Source: Macrostomum lignano (taxonomy: Eukaryota). From it: a stretch of DNA of 64,000 nt. The notes under the pieces are model-generated. The model was given only the letters and a program-made list of their open reading frames with translations, ran no database searches and was not told the DNA's origin. The stretch is from positions 62,001-126,000 of the forward strand of contig NIVC01001730.1 in the NCBI GenBank assembly GCA_002269645.1, read 5' to 3'. The translations under genes and the position numbers were made by a program. Positions 12,952-24,895 of this stretch are shown piece after piece (the stretch's first letter is position 1; the number at the start of each line of letters is the position of its first letter).

Positions 12952-15773
12952 GTGTCAGGTGAGACTGGGGTGTCAGGTGAGAGACTGGAGTGTCAGGTGA
13001 GAGACTGGAGTGTCAGGACCGAGACTGGAGTGTCAGGTGAGAGACTAGAGTGTCAGGTGAGAGACTGGAGTGTCAGGTGAGAGACCGGAGTGTCAAGATA
13101 GAGACTGGAGTGTCAGGTGAGAGACTGGAGTGTCAGGTGAGAGACTGGAGTGTCAAGATAGAGACTGGGGTGTCAGGTGAGAGACTGGAGTGTCAGGTGA
13201 GAGACTGGAGTTTCAGGTGAGAGACTGGAGTGTCAAGATAGAGACTGGGGTGTCAGGTGAGAGACTGGGGTGTCAAGATAGAGACTGGGGTGTCAGGTGA
13301 GAGACTGGAGTGTCAGGTGAGAGACTGGAGTTTCAGGTGAGAGACTGGAGTGTCAGGTGAGAGACCGGAGTGTCAAGATAGAGACTGGAGTGTCAGGTGA
13401 GAGACTGGAGTTTCAGGTGAGAGACTGGAGTGTCAAGATAGAGACTGGGGTGTCAGGTGAGAGACTGGAGTGTCAGGTGAAAGACTGGAGTTTCAGGTGA
13501 GAGACTGGAGTGTCAGGTGAGAGACTGGAGTGTCAGGTGAGAGACTGGAGTGTCAGGTGAGAGACTGGAGTGTCAGGTGAGAGACTGGAGTGTCAGGTGA
13601 GAGACTAGGGTGTCAGGTGAGAGACTGGAGTGTCAGGTGAGAGACTGGAGTTTCAGGTGAGAGACTGGAGTGTCAAGATAGAGACTGGGGTGTCAGGTGA
13701 GAGACTGGAGTGTCAGGTGAGAGACTGGAGTGTCAGGTGAGAGATTGGAGTGTCAGGTGAGAGACTGGAGTTTCAGGTGAGAGACTGGAGTGTCAAGATA
13801 GAGACTGGGGTGTCAGGTGAGAGACTGGAGTGTCAGGTGAGAGACTGGAGTGTCAGGTGAGAGACTGGAGTGTCAGGTGAGAGACTGGAGTGTCAGGTGA
13901 GAGACTGGAGTGTCAGGTGAGAGACTGGAGTGTCAAGACAGAGACTGGGGTGTCAGGATAGAGACTGGAGTGTCAGGTGAGAGACTGGAGTGTCAGGTGA
14001 GAGACTGGAGTGTCAGGTGAGAGACTGGAGTGTCAAGTGAGAGACTGGAGTATCAAGATAGAGACTGGGGTGTCAGGATAGAGACTGGAGTGTCAGGTGA
14101 GACTGGAGTGTCAGGCGAGAGACTGGAGTGTCAGGTGAGAGACTGGAGTGTCAGGTGAGAGACTGGAGTGTCAGGCGAGAGACTGGAGTGTCAGGTGAGA
14201 GACTGGAGTGTCAGGTGAGAGACTGGAGTTTCAGGTGAGAGACTGGAGTGTCAGGTGAGAGACTGGAGTTTCAGGTGAGAGACTGGAGTGTCAAGATAGA
14301 GACTGGGGTGTCAGGTGAGAGACTGGAGTTTCAGGTGAGACTGGAGTGTCAGGTGAGACAGGAGTGTCAGGCGAGAGACTGGAGTGTCAGGTGGGAGACT
14401 GGAGTGTCAAGATAGAGACTGGGGTGTCAGGTGAGAGACTGGAGTGTCAGGTGAGACTGGAGTGTCAGGTGAGAGACTGGAGTGTCAGGCGAGAGACTGG
14501 AGTGTCAGGTGAGAGACTGGAGTGTCAGGTGAGAGACTGGGGTGTCAGGTGAGAGACTGGAGTGTCAGGTGAGAGACTGGAGTGTCAGGTGAGAGACTGG
14601 AGTGTCAAGTGAGAGACTGGAGTATCAAGATAGAGACTGGGGTGTCAGGATAGAGACTGGAGTGTCAGGTGAGACTGGAGTGTCAGGCGAGAGACTGGAG
14701 TGTCAGGTGAGAGACTGGAGTGTCAGGTGAGAGACTGGAGTGTCAGGCGAGAGACTGGAGTGTCAGGTGAGAGACTGGAGTGTCAGGTGAGAGACTGGAG
14801 TTTCAGGTGAGAGACTGGAGTGTCAGGTGAGAGACTGGAGTTTCAGGTGAGAGACTGGAGTGTCAAGATAGAGACTGGGGTGTCAGGTGAGAGACTGGAG
14901 TGTCAGGTGAGACTGGAGTGTCAGGTGAGACAGGAGTGTCAGGCGAGAGACTGGAGTGTCAGGTGGGAGACTGGAGTGTCAAGATAGAGACTGGGGTGTC
15001 AGGTGAGAGACTGGAGTGTCAGGTGAGACTGGAGTGTCAGGTGAGACAGGAGTGTCAGGCGAGAGACTGGAGTGTCAGGTGAGAGACTGGAGTGTCAGGT
15101 GAGAGACTGGGGTGTCAGGTGAGAGACTGGAGTGTCAGGTGAGAGACTGGAGTGTCAGGTGAGAGACTGGGGTGTCAGGTGAGAGACTGGAGTTTCAGGT
15201 GAGAGACTGGAGTGTCAAGATAGAGACTGGGGTGTCAGGTGAGAGACTGGAGTGTCAGGACCGAGACTGGAGTGTCAGGTGAGAGACTGGAGTTTCAGGT
15301 GAGAGACTGGAGTGTCAAGATAGAGACTGGGGTGTCAGGTGAGAGACTGGAGTGTCAGGTGAGAGACTGGAGTGTCAAGATAGAGACTGGAGTGTCAGGT
15401 GAGAGACTGGAGTGTCAGGTGAGAGACTGGAGTGTCAAGATAGAGACTGGGGTGTCAGGATAGAGACTGGAGTGTCAGGTGAGAGACTGAAGTGTCAGGT
15501 GAGACTGGAGTGTCAGGCGAGAGACTGGAGTGTCAGGTGAGAGACTGGAGTGTCAGATGAGAGACTGGAGTGTCAAGATAGAGACTGGGGTGTCAGGATA
15601 GAGACTGGAGTGTCAGGTGAGACTGGAGTGTCAGGCGAGAGACTGGAGTGTCAGGTGAGAGACTGGAGTGTCAGGTGAGACTGGAGTGTCAGGCGAGAGA
15701 CTGGAGTGTCAGGTGAGAGACTGGATTGTCAAGATAGAGACTGGAGTGTCAGGTGAGAGACCGGAGTGTCAGG
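12952..15773. repeat. 20-bp minisatellite GAGACTGGAGTGTCAGGTGA, ~140 copies, with an internal 572-bp block duplication
   Basis: Direct reading; rare variants recur at +572 (14051/14623; 14357/14929). Confidence 0.97.
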
Positions 15774-16002
15774 TAGCGGATTGAGGGCAGGCACCCAATG
15801 GCTATCATACGGATCGAAAATTTTTCAACGATGCTAAAAATAAGTTAATCACCAAATTATTGATTTTCAACAAAGGAAAATCGTGATTCGCATCGTGCAC
15901 TGATCAATTCGACTGCGGTTTTCCTTTGAGCAGAAATGTTTACGCAGGGCAGAATTAATTGAATTTTATGAGAAAATGACCGGCACACACTGACCATGTA
16001 GG

Positions 16003-17488
16003 TTAGATTAGCAATCCATTCCGTTCCTGCATCCGTGCATTGGCTAGATTAGCAATCCATTCTATTTCTGCATCCGTGTATTGGCTAGATTAGCAATCCA
16101 TTCTATTCCTGCATCCGTGTATTAACTAGATTAGCAATTCATTCTATTCCTGCATCCGTGTATTGGCTAGATTAGCAATCCATTCTATTCCTGCATCCGT
16201 GTATTAACTAGATTAGCAATTCATTCTATTCCTGCATCCGTGTATTGGCTAGATTAGCAATCCATTCTATTCCTGCATCCGTGCATTGGCTAGATTAGCA
16301 ATCCATTCTATTCCTGCATCCGTGTATTGGCTAGATTAGCAATCCATTCTATTCCTGCATCCGTGTATTGGCTAGATTAGCAATCCATTCTATTCCTGCA
16401 TCCGTGTATTGGCTAGATTAGCAATCCATTCTATTCCTGCATCCGTGTATTGGCTAGATTAGCAATCCATTCTATTCCTGCATCCGTGTATTGGCTAGAT
16501 TAGCAATCCATTCTATTCCTGCATCCATGTATTGGCTAGATTAGCAATCCATTCTATTCCTGCATCCGTGCATTGGCTAGATTAGCAATCCATTCTATTC
16601 CTGCATCCATGTATTGGCTAGATTAGCAATCCATTCTATTCCAGCATCCGTGTATTGGCTAGATTAGCAATCCATTCTATAACTGCATCCGTGTATTGGC
16701 TAGATTAGCAATCCATTCTATTCCTGCATCCGTGTATTGGCTAGATTAGCAATCCATTCTATTCCTGCATCCGTGTATTGGCTAGATTAGCAATCCATTC
16801 TATTCCTGCATCCGTGTATTGGCTAGATTAGCAATCCATTCTATTCCTGCATCCGTGTATTGGCTAGATTAGCAATCCATTCTATTCCTGCATCCGTGTA
16901 TTGGCTAGATTAGCAATCCATTCTATTCCTGCATCCGTGTATTGGCTAGATTAGCAATCCATTCTATTCCTGCATCCGTGTATTGGCTAGATTAGCAATC
17001 CATTCTATTCCTGCATCCGTGTATTGGCTAGATTAGCAATCCATTCTATTCCTGCATCTGTGTATTGGCTAGATTAGCAATCCATTCTATTCCTGCATCC
17101 GTGTATTGGCTAGATTAGCAATCCATTCTATTCCTGCATCCATGTATTGGCTAGATTAGCAATCCATTCTATTCCTGCATCCGTGTATTGGCTAGATTAG
17201 CAATCCATTCTATTCCTGCACCCGTGTATTGGCTAGATTAGCAATCCATTCTATTCCTGCATTCCGTGTATTGGCTAGACTAGCAATCCATTCTATTCCT
17301 GCATCCGTGCATTGGCTAGATTAGCAATCCATTCTATTCCTGCATCCGTGCATTGGCTAGATTAGCAATCCATTCTATTCCTGCATCCGTGTATTGGCTA
17401 GATTAGCAATCCATTCTATTCCTGCATCCGTGTATTGGCTAGATTAGCAATCCATTCTATTCCACGCAGACTAGATTAGCAATCCATT
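16003..17488. repeat. Highly homogeneous 41-bp minisatellite TATTGGCTAGATTAGCAATCCATTCTATTCCTGCATCCGTG, ~36 copies
   Basis: Direct reading; both ends share TAGATTAGCAATCCATT with the flanks. Confidence 0.97.
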
Positions 17489-18061
17489 GAACTCGCTGAT
17501 CCCCAGAAGTGACCCACTGTCATAAATCAGCATTGCACACGGCTGTCCTTTAAACTATACCGCGGTCAATGGCTGTCCGCAAGACCCACTTGCACCCTAG
17601 CGGCAGTCCGTCTGTTGGATTAGAAGTTGTCCTTTTTGTAGGTAAGCTCTGTGCCCAACCAAGTTTTCGGAACCGCATGGCACCTGGTGGGCACCAGCCC
17701 CCCCCCCCCAGTCCCTTGCACACGCTGCCCAAATTAGGACTTTACGAGCCACAGTAAAGGAATTTGCACGGCTGCCTCGTGATTCCTTCCCCTCTTCACA
17801 ATCCCAAGCTTCGATCCGCCCCTCTTGGTGGTTGCTGGGAGACACTAGGCGGAAGTAAGTGAGGGAGAATTAGTGCATGATTTCGGGAACCGGATGTGTC
17901 TGGAATCATTAATATAGGCATGTGAGGATCGAAAATTTCATGTGTAATCTTCAGATTATACACCTATGCTTCTACTTTATTGTACTACTATTAATAATGA
18001 AGTATAGAAATGCATTTGTTTTTTTAATTTTACGCTTTTGTAAAAAATTATAAACCTACTG

Positions 18062-18180
18062 AATGAGTGACTTTACGAGTGAGTTCATGAGTGAGTTCAT
18101 GACTTAGTTCATGAGTGAGTTTATGAGTGAGTTCATGAGTGAGTTCATGAGTGAGGTTATGAGCGAGTTTATGAGTGAAT
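18062..18180. repeat. Short 12-bp array GAGTGAGTTCAT, ~10 copies
   Basis: Direct reading. Confidence 0.85.
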
Positions 18181-19004
18181 TAGAGGCATACATAGAGGCA
18201 GGAAAAATTGCAAATTACCAAAAAGCACAGTAATGTCCCCACTCTGCTACTACTTACTACATGATATCTGAGTAGTAGAACGCGAAAAAATGTCAAAACT
18301 TTTTGGCAGTGAGGAAATCTATCGTGCCAATAAAGTGAATCTTAACAATTGTAAAATTTAATTGCTTTCAACGTTCAACTTTTCAAAGTTGGAGATTTTC
18401 CACCTTACGAGTTGCCGCCCCGGAATCAGATGGAGTCTGCAGCTATCAATCCGTGGTCCGCAGTGATGAGGATGATCAATTAGTTTTCAGAAAGCGCCGC
18501 GTTGCCTAGAATGGGAAAATGACAGATTGAAAACTGTCTGATATTAATATTTATAAACATGTGCACAGGAAAACTTATATTTAGCTAATAGCGGTGACTC
18601 AACTTGGTGTGGAGGCCGAAAGTTAGATTCAACAAAGATCTTGACTGGTCTTTGTTAGACGGCTGAGAACGCCTGGCACTATCGCCCACATCTCTGGAAA
18701 TTGAATTTTCTGTTGCCAAGCGTCTCAAGCTGGCGGTGACAAAAGTTCTAACAAAAACTAAATTTCGAATTTTTGGATTTTCAAGAAATTCTCTCAATTC
18801 ATCATGTCATTATTTGGGTCTTTACTGTTGCTAGTCTTTGTTGTCTAAATTATGTTGATAACTAATCTAATGATATCTCTGCAGTTGCTAAGCAGAAATT
18901 GTGCAATATTTGTATACAAATTCGATTTAGACAACCTGAGACAACTGAAAGTTGCAAAATTATCAGGATTAACATTTTCACACTTTAAAGAAACAAATAA
19001 AAAC

Positions 19005-19330
19005 GCCCAAAAGCGGTTTCTAATCCTCTTGCTGGAGCAAAGATCTCTAAAAGCCACTGGACGGGCCCAAAGGTGGATTCTAAGCCTCTTGCTCGAGCCA
19101 AGGACCACAAAAGCCCAAAAGGAAGTTCTAATCCTCTTGCTGGAGTCAAAGACCTCTAAAAGCCGTAGGACGGACCCAATGGTCGTTTCTAAGACTCTTG
19201 CTGGAGCCAAGGACATCAAAAAGCCGTTTGACCGGCTCAGAGGCGGTTTCTTGGAAAAGGACCTCTGAAAGCTCCTGGACTGGCCCAATGGCGGTTCTAT
19301 ACCTCTTACTACAAAGACCACTAAAAGCCT
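19005..19330. repeat. Old degenerate tandem repeat (~50-60-bp units; TTCTAATCCTCTTGCTGGAG...AAAAGCC)
   Basis: Recurring CTCTTGCTGGAG / GACCTCTAAAAGCC motifs with many mismatches. Confidence 0.55.
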
Positions 19331-19984
19331 AAAATGCTCAGTTCATTGATTTCTATTGACTAGGCCAACTAACCGATATGTAGTGTAAAACACTTTTTGC
19401 ACAGCGATTTCTTCGCTTGTTGCTAGTCTGACAATTTGTTCAGGTGATAATTACGAGGTGAATTAGACAATTACATCCCCAGCCTGCTCCAGCCCAGATT
19501 TGAGCAGTTTGCTTTAGGAAGCATTAAGCAAATTGAATAATATTTAAAATGCGATCACGTTTGACTAACAAAAGCAAAACCTGCTCTTCTGACATTGATT
19601 GATAGCCTTAAAGATAAGACTTTTGAATTTAAAATTGCTTTCAATGTTAAATTCCGAATCACCATGTAGCTATTGAGAGTATGAGCAGAGAGAAACGTGA
19701 CTGCTGGCTGATGATGAACACTTCGGGTCCTCCAGTTTGATGTTTGGCTAGAAAATTAGCATTGTTTGCACTGAATCCTGTTCCTGTTCAATCCTGTTCA
19801 ATTGTAAGCTGCGGTGTCTGCAGGGAGTCTATGTGTCTGTCTGCTTCCGAGTGGTAGCGGTCCTGCTTCCTGAATGTCTATTGAACTGCCTTTCTAGTCG
19901 CTTGCATCTCTCCCTACCCTCCTGCCTCTCCCTTCCTCTCTCTCTTCCCCTCTCTCCCTTCCTCTCCATCTTCCTTCACTCGCT

Positions 19985-20470
19985 TCCTCTCTGTCTCAAC
20001 TCTCTCCCTTCCTCTCTGTCTCAACTCTCTCCCTTCCTCTCTGTCTCAACTCTCTCCCTTCCTCTCTGTCTCAACTCTCTCCCTTCCTCTCTGTCTCCAA
20101 TCTCTACCTTCCTCTCTGTCTCAACTCTCTCCCTTCCTCTCTGTCTCAACTCTCTCCCTTCCTCTCTGTCTCAACTCTCTCCCTTCCTCTCTGTCTCAAC
20201 TCTCTCCCTTCCTCTCTGTCTCAACTCTCTCCCTTCCTCTCTGTCTCAACTCTCTCCCTTCCTCTCTGTCTCAACTCTCTCCCTTCCTCTCTGTCTCAAC
20301 TCTCTCCCTTCCTCTCTGTCTCAACTCTCTCCCTTCCTCTCTGTCTCAACTCTCTCCCTTCCTCTCTGTCTCAACTCTCTCCCTTCCTCTCTGTCTCAAC
20401 TCTCTCCCTTCCTCTCTGTCTCAACTCTCTCCCTTCCTCTCTGTCTCAACTCTCTCCCTTCCTGTCTCGG
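19985..20470. repeat. 23-bp array CTCTGTCTCAACTCTCTCCCTTC, ~21 copies, 3' of the Dbx stop
   Basis: Direct reading. Confidence 0.95.
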
Positions 20471-20734
20471 TATCCCCTTTTATACCTTCCTCGCTCATTT
20501 TTTATATTATAAAGCACAAAAACAACAAAACTCCAAATGAATACAGATTTAACCTGAACTGATAACAAGGTATTAACACCTAGAAGTTTGTGAAATGACC
20601 ATTTGTACTTAGTTATAGTGTATTTACATGCATGCAGATACAGCAACATTCATTTTGTGCTCGGGAGAGGATGGCTACGCTTCAAACAACCAGTGGAGTT
20701 CCTGACATCAGACAAAACCGAGACATGACAAACT

Positions 20735-21951
20735 TTAATCGCTGCTTTCGCGTTCCTTGGCGTTGCGCCACTTCATCCTGCGATTTTGGAACCAGATCTT
20801 CACCTGGAAGGCGGGAGCGAGGGCAGATAGAAGGGATTAAAGGATCAATAGTTCATCTTCTAACCAACTACCAACTACTGATAGTTCCCCATCTGAATCT
20901 GGCTAATACCACCTGAGATTCACCTGAGAGTCTCTCAGTCTCAGCATGTCAGCCAGCAGTCTCACCTGAGAGTCTCTCAGTCTCAGCATGTCAGCCAGCA
21001 GTCTCACCTGAGATTCTCTCAGTCTCAGCATGTCAGCCAGCAGTCTCACCTGAGAGTCTCTCAGTCCCAGCCTGTCAGCCAGCAGTCTCACCTGAGAGTC
21101 TCTCAGTCCCAGCCTGTCAGCCAGCAGTCTCACCTGAGAGTCTCTCAGTCCCAGCCTGTCAGCCAGCAGTCTCCGGTCGGGCTTGCCGATGTACTTCTGC
21201 TGCTGGAAGGCCTTCTCGAGGCCGCGTCGCTGCGATTCGCTGAACACGGCCCGACGAAGGACTCCACCAATGACTCGGCCGCTGACGCCACCGACTCCGT
21301 CACGGACAGGGCTTGCATCAACGACTGGTAGAAATTGAGACTGAGGCTGGAGCTGGTGCTGCAGCTGGTACTGCAGCTGGCTTTGAAGGAGGTGCTGCTG
21401 GTGCTGCTGCAGCTGCAACAGCTGATGATGAAGGGTCTGCAGCTGGCTCAGCGGCGGCAGGGGCTGCTGCAGGCCTGCGTGGAAGGCGATCGACAAAGCG
21501 GTAATTTTTAGGAGCGATTTTTAGGGGCGATTTTTAGGGGCAATTTTTAGGAGCGATTTTGAACTGGGCGATTTTGAATTGGGCGATTTTGAATTGGGGC
21601 GCGTGAGGGCCACTCACCGCTGTCAGCTGTTGCAGACGCAAAGGCGCCGCTATGATGAGGCGCAGAGCCTGGACTAGCAGCAGCATGGGAAAGCAGCAGT
21701 CGGTGCTGTTGAGCTTGAAGCAGCAAGTGCGGCGGAGGCGGAAGCGGCCCCAGCATCCGGAAGCGGCTGGCTGAGCAGCCAATGTTGAGAATTGCAGAGA
21801 CGCCAAATTTAAGCCTGTCGGAAGCGGGGGCGAAAGCGGGGGCGGAAGCGGGGGCGGAAGCGGGGGCGGAAGCGGGGGCGGAAGCGGGGGCGGAAGCGGG
21901 GGCGGAAGCGGGGGCGGCAGAAGCGGCGGCGACTTGCAGTGAGTTGTCCAT
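20735..21951 (-). CDS. DBX: Dbx (H2.0/NKL class) homeobox transcription factor; exons 21951-21618, 21474-21134, 20803-20735
   Basis: eh1-like LKFGVSAIL motif; homeodomain LRRAVFSESQRRGLEKAFQQQKYIGKPDRRLLADRLGLRDSQ|VKIWFQNRRMKWRNAKERE matches Dbx. Canonical GT-AG junctions with consistent phases (1, 0). Confidence 0.92.
20919..21170 (-). repeat. 42-bp tandem duplication of the Dbx exon 2 3' end including its splice donor (6 units)
   Basis: CAG|GTGAG donors at 21133, 21091, 21049, 21007, 20965 and CAG|GTGAA at 20923. Confidence 0.95.
21505..21600. repeat. Two short arrays (GCGATTTTTAGG-like; GGGCGATTTTGAATT) in Dbx intron 1
   Basis: Direct reading. Confidence 0.75.
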
Positions 21952-22081
21952 GAAAATTTTGTTTTAAAATAGTTGTTTTTTTTTTAAAAACAGTGAAGAA
22001 TGAAGTTCTGATTAGCCTGAAATAATCAGGTGCTTCAAATACAGATAATTTCTTTCTACTTAACAGCTACACAAGTCGGAC

Positions 22082-22160
22082 TTCTAATTGGCCCGAGGAG
22101 GGGGCTAAGACAGCCAATTAGAAAAGGGTGAAAATTGAATGATATATGCCGGCCAATGAG
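22082..22160. promoter_or_regulatory. Candidate Dbx proximal promoter: inverted pair TTCTAATTGGC...GCCAATTAGAA plus a further CCAAT
   Basis: Perfect 11-bp inverted repeat (22082-22092 / 22113-22123) 130-170 bp upstream of the ATG, containing TAATTG and CCAAT motifs; function inferred. Confidence 0.4.
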
Positions 22161-22267
22161 AGCTCATCAGTATTTGATTATGAACCATAGGCGAAACGAA
22201 CACATAAATGTAATTAATTTCGGCATTATAGTTTTAGAATGAGTTATATGGATAGGGTGCTTAACTA

Positions 22268-22745
22268 TCAGATGTGGTGATTTACCTGTCAGATAGGGCT
22301 GATTTACCTGTCAGATAGGGCTGATTTACCTGTCAGATAGGGCTGATTGCTTTGTCAGATACGGTGTTTCACATGTCAAATAGGGTGATTTACCTGTCAG
22401 ATGGGGTGATTTACCTGTCAGATAGGGTATTTTACCTGTCGGATAGGGTGATTTACGAATCAGATAGGGTGATTTACCTGTCAGATACTGTGATTTACCT
22501 GTCAGATACGGTGATTTACCTGTCAGATAGGGCTGATTTACCTGTCAGATACGGTGATTTACCTGTCAGATACGGTGATTTACCTGTCAGATACGGTGAT
22601 TTACGAATCAGATAGGGTGATTTCCCTGTCAGATACTGTGATTTACCTGTCAGATACGGTGATTTACCTGTCAGTTACGGTGATTTACCTGTCAGATAGG
22701 GTGATTACCTCTCAGATAGGGTGATTTAACTGTCAGATAGGGTAT
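22268..22745. repeat. 21-bp array GTGATTTACCTGTCAGATAGG, ~22 copies, upstream of Dbx
   Basis: Direct reading. Confidence 0.95.
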
Positions 22746-23254
22746 TTGCTTTAAATACCCTATAGGTAATAAAAGCAAAATTTCAGGCAAAAAAATCTGA
22801 TTCTAAATTGCGCAGAGTTTCAATCGAAATGCAACAGTTTTTGCTGTCGTTTCGGTAATTAAAACAAAAACCACTTCAAGTTGAATGTTGCAAGCAAGCT
22901 TTCTGTTAAGCTGCTGAACAAAGTGATAAATTTTTTGTATGGTAAATTTTAATTGGCCATGCACTTGATCGGATTTGGAGTTCTTACAGCTCCTACTACA
23001 ATCCAGTACTATAAAATGCATTTTATTGCCAACTGTTTTAATTGTTAAAAATTGCGCTTCATCAAAATTCGCTAAATTTCTGGCTATTAATGGTGATCTA
23101 GGAGACAGATAGGGTGACTAATCTCCGGTGCGCCAAGTGGCCTGGGTCATAAATTATTGCTATGGATTAACGAATCCCAAATGTATTGTTGAATGTTGGG
23201 TGGATTGGAATCCAAGCTTGGAAGCAAACTAAATGAAACAAAGAACTACTCCGT

Positions 23255-24320
23255 GACTCAGGAAACCAGTGAATGAGTCAGGAAATCGGTGAATGTGTCA
23301 GGAAATTGGTGAATGAGTCAGAAAATTAGCTAATGTGTCAGGAAACCGGCGAATGAGTCAGGAAATCGGTGAATGTGTCAGGAAATTGGTGAATATGCCA
23401 GGAAATCAGTAAATGTGTCAGGAAACCAGTGAATGTGTCAGGAAATCGGTGAATGTGTCAGGAAACCAGTGAATGATTTAGGAAATCAGTGAATGCGTCA
23501 GGAAACCAGTGAATGTGTCAGGAAATCGGTGAATGTGTCAGGAAATCGGTGAATGAATCAGGAAACCAGTGAATGATTTAGGAAATCAGTGAATGCGTCA
23601 GGAAACCAGTGAATGTGTCAGGAAATCGGTGAATGTGTCAGGAAATCGGTGAATGAATCAGGAAACCAGTGAATGATTTAGGAAATCAGTGAATGCGTCA
23701 GGAAACCAGTGAATGTGTCAGGAAATCGGTGAATGTGTCAGGAAATTGGTGAATGAGTCAGGAAATTGGTGAATGTGTCAGGAAATCAGTAAATGTGTCA
23801 GAAAATCGGTGAATGAGTCTGGAAACCAGTGAATGATTTAGGAAATCAGTAAATGCGTCAGGAAACCGGCTAATGAGTCAGGAAATCAGTGAATGTGTCA
23901 GGAAATCAGTAAATGTGTCAGAAAATCGGTGAATGAGTCTGGAAACCAGTGAATGATTTAGGAAATCAGTGAATGCGTCAGGAAACCGGCTAATGAGTCA
24001 GGAAATCAGTGAATGTGTCAGGAAATCAGTAAATGTGTCAGAAAATCGGTGAATGAGTCTGGAAACCAGTGAATGATTTAGGAAATCAGTGAATGCGTCA
24101 GGAAACCGGCTAATGAGTCAGGAAATCAGTGAATGTGTCAGGAAATCAGTAAATGTGTCAGAAAATCGGTGAATGAGTCTGGAAACCAGTGAATGATTTA
24201 GGAAATCAGTGAATGCGTCAGGAAACCGGCTAATGAGTCAGGAAATCAGTGAATGAGTCAGGAAATCGGTGAAGGAGTCAGAAAACCAGTAAATGAGTCA
24301 GGAGACCAGTAAATAAGTCA
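23255..24320. repeat. 20-bp array (GTGAATGTGTCAGGAAATCA) with 100-bp and 120-bp higher-order repeats
   Basis: 23461-23560 repeated at 23561-23660; 120-bp blocks repeated at 23821, 23941, 24061. Confidence 0.95.
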
Positions 24321-24895
24321 CAAAGCAAAGCTGAAGTCAAAGAATGAGAAAAAGTGCAAAAAATGAATAAAAAGCCCGCTAACTTCAAGTCCGTTAATTG
24401 ACTATTTAATAATCAGAACTTGCAAACTCGAGAATGAAACTGCCGTTGAAAATTTATTGCAAATTAACAAAACATTTTACAATTCATTTAACATGAATTC
24501 ATTTTCACTAAACAATGAAAAACACAATTAAAGAACTTAATCACCTTAACCAAGGCATTAATTTATTCAGCTAATTAGTGAATATTGAAAGAAACATTAC
24601 TAGTAAAAGCAAGAAAAAATTCAAACACCAATGCAAAATAAAGAACACGCATAAAGTTTACTACTTGAAACTGTCATTAGTAGTAGTACGTAGGACATTT
24701 TAGTTTTACCTAATGGTAAAGGATCTTTTAACACTGAATTTCACGCAGAATATCTAGAATTTCTTTTTAAACAGCTCATTAAACAGTTAATCGAACAGGC
24801 TCATCAAATTAATAAAAATATTATCAACAAGTATGCCAACCTTATCCGACACAGATGACAGAAGAGGTCAAATGACTCAAAGCAGTCGATCACCC

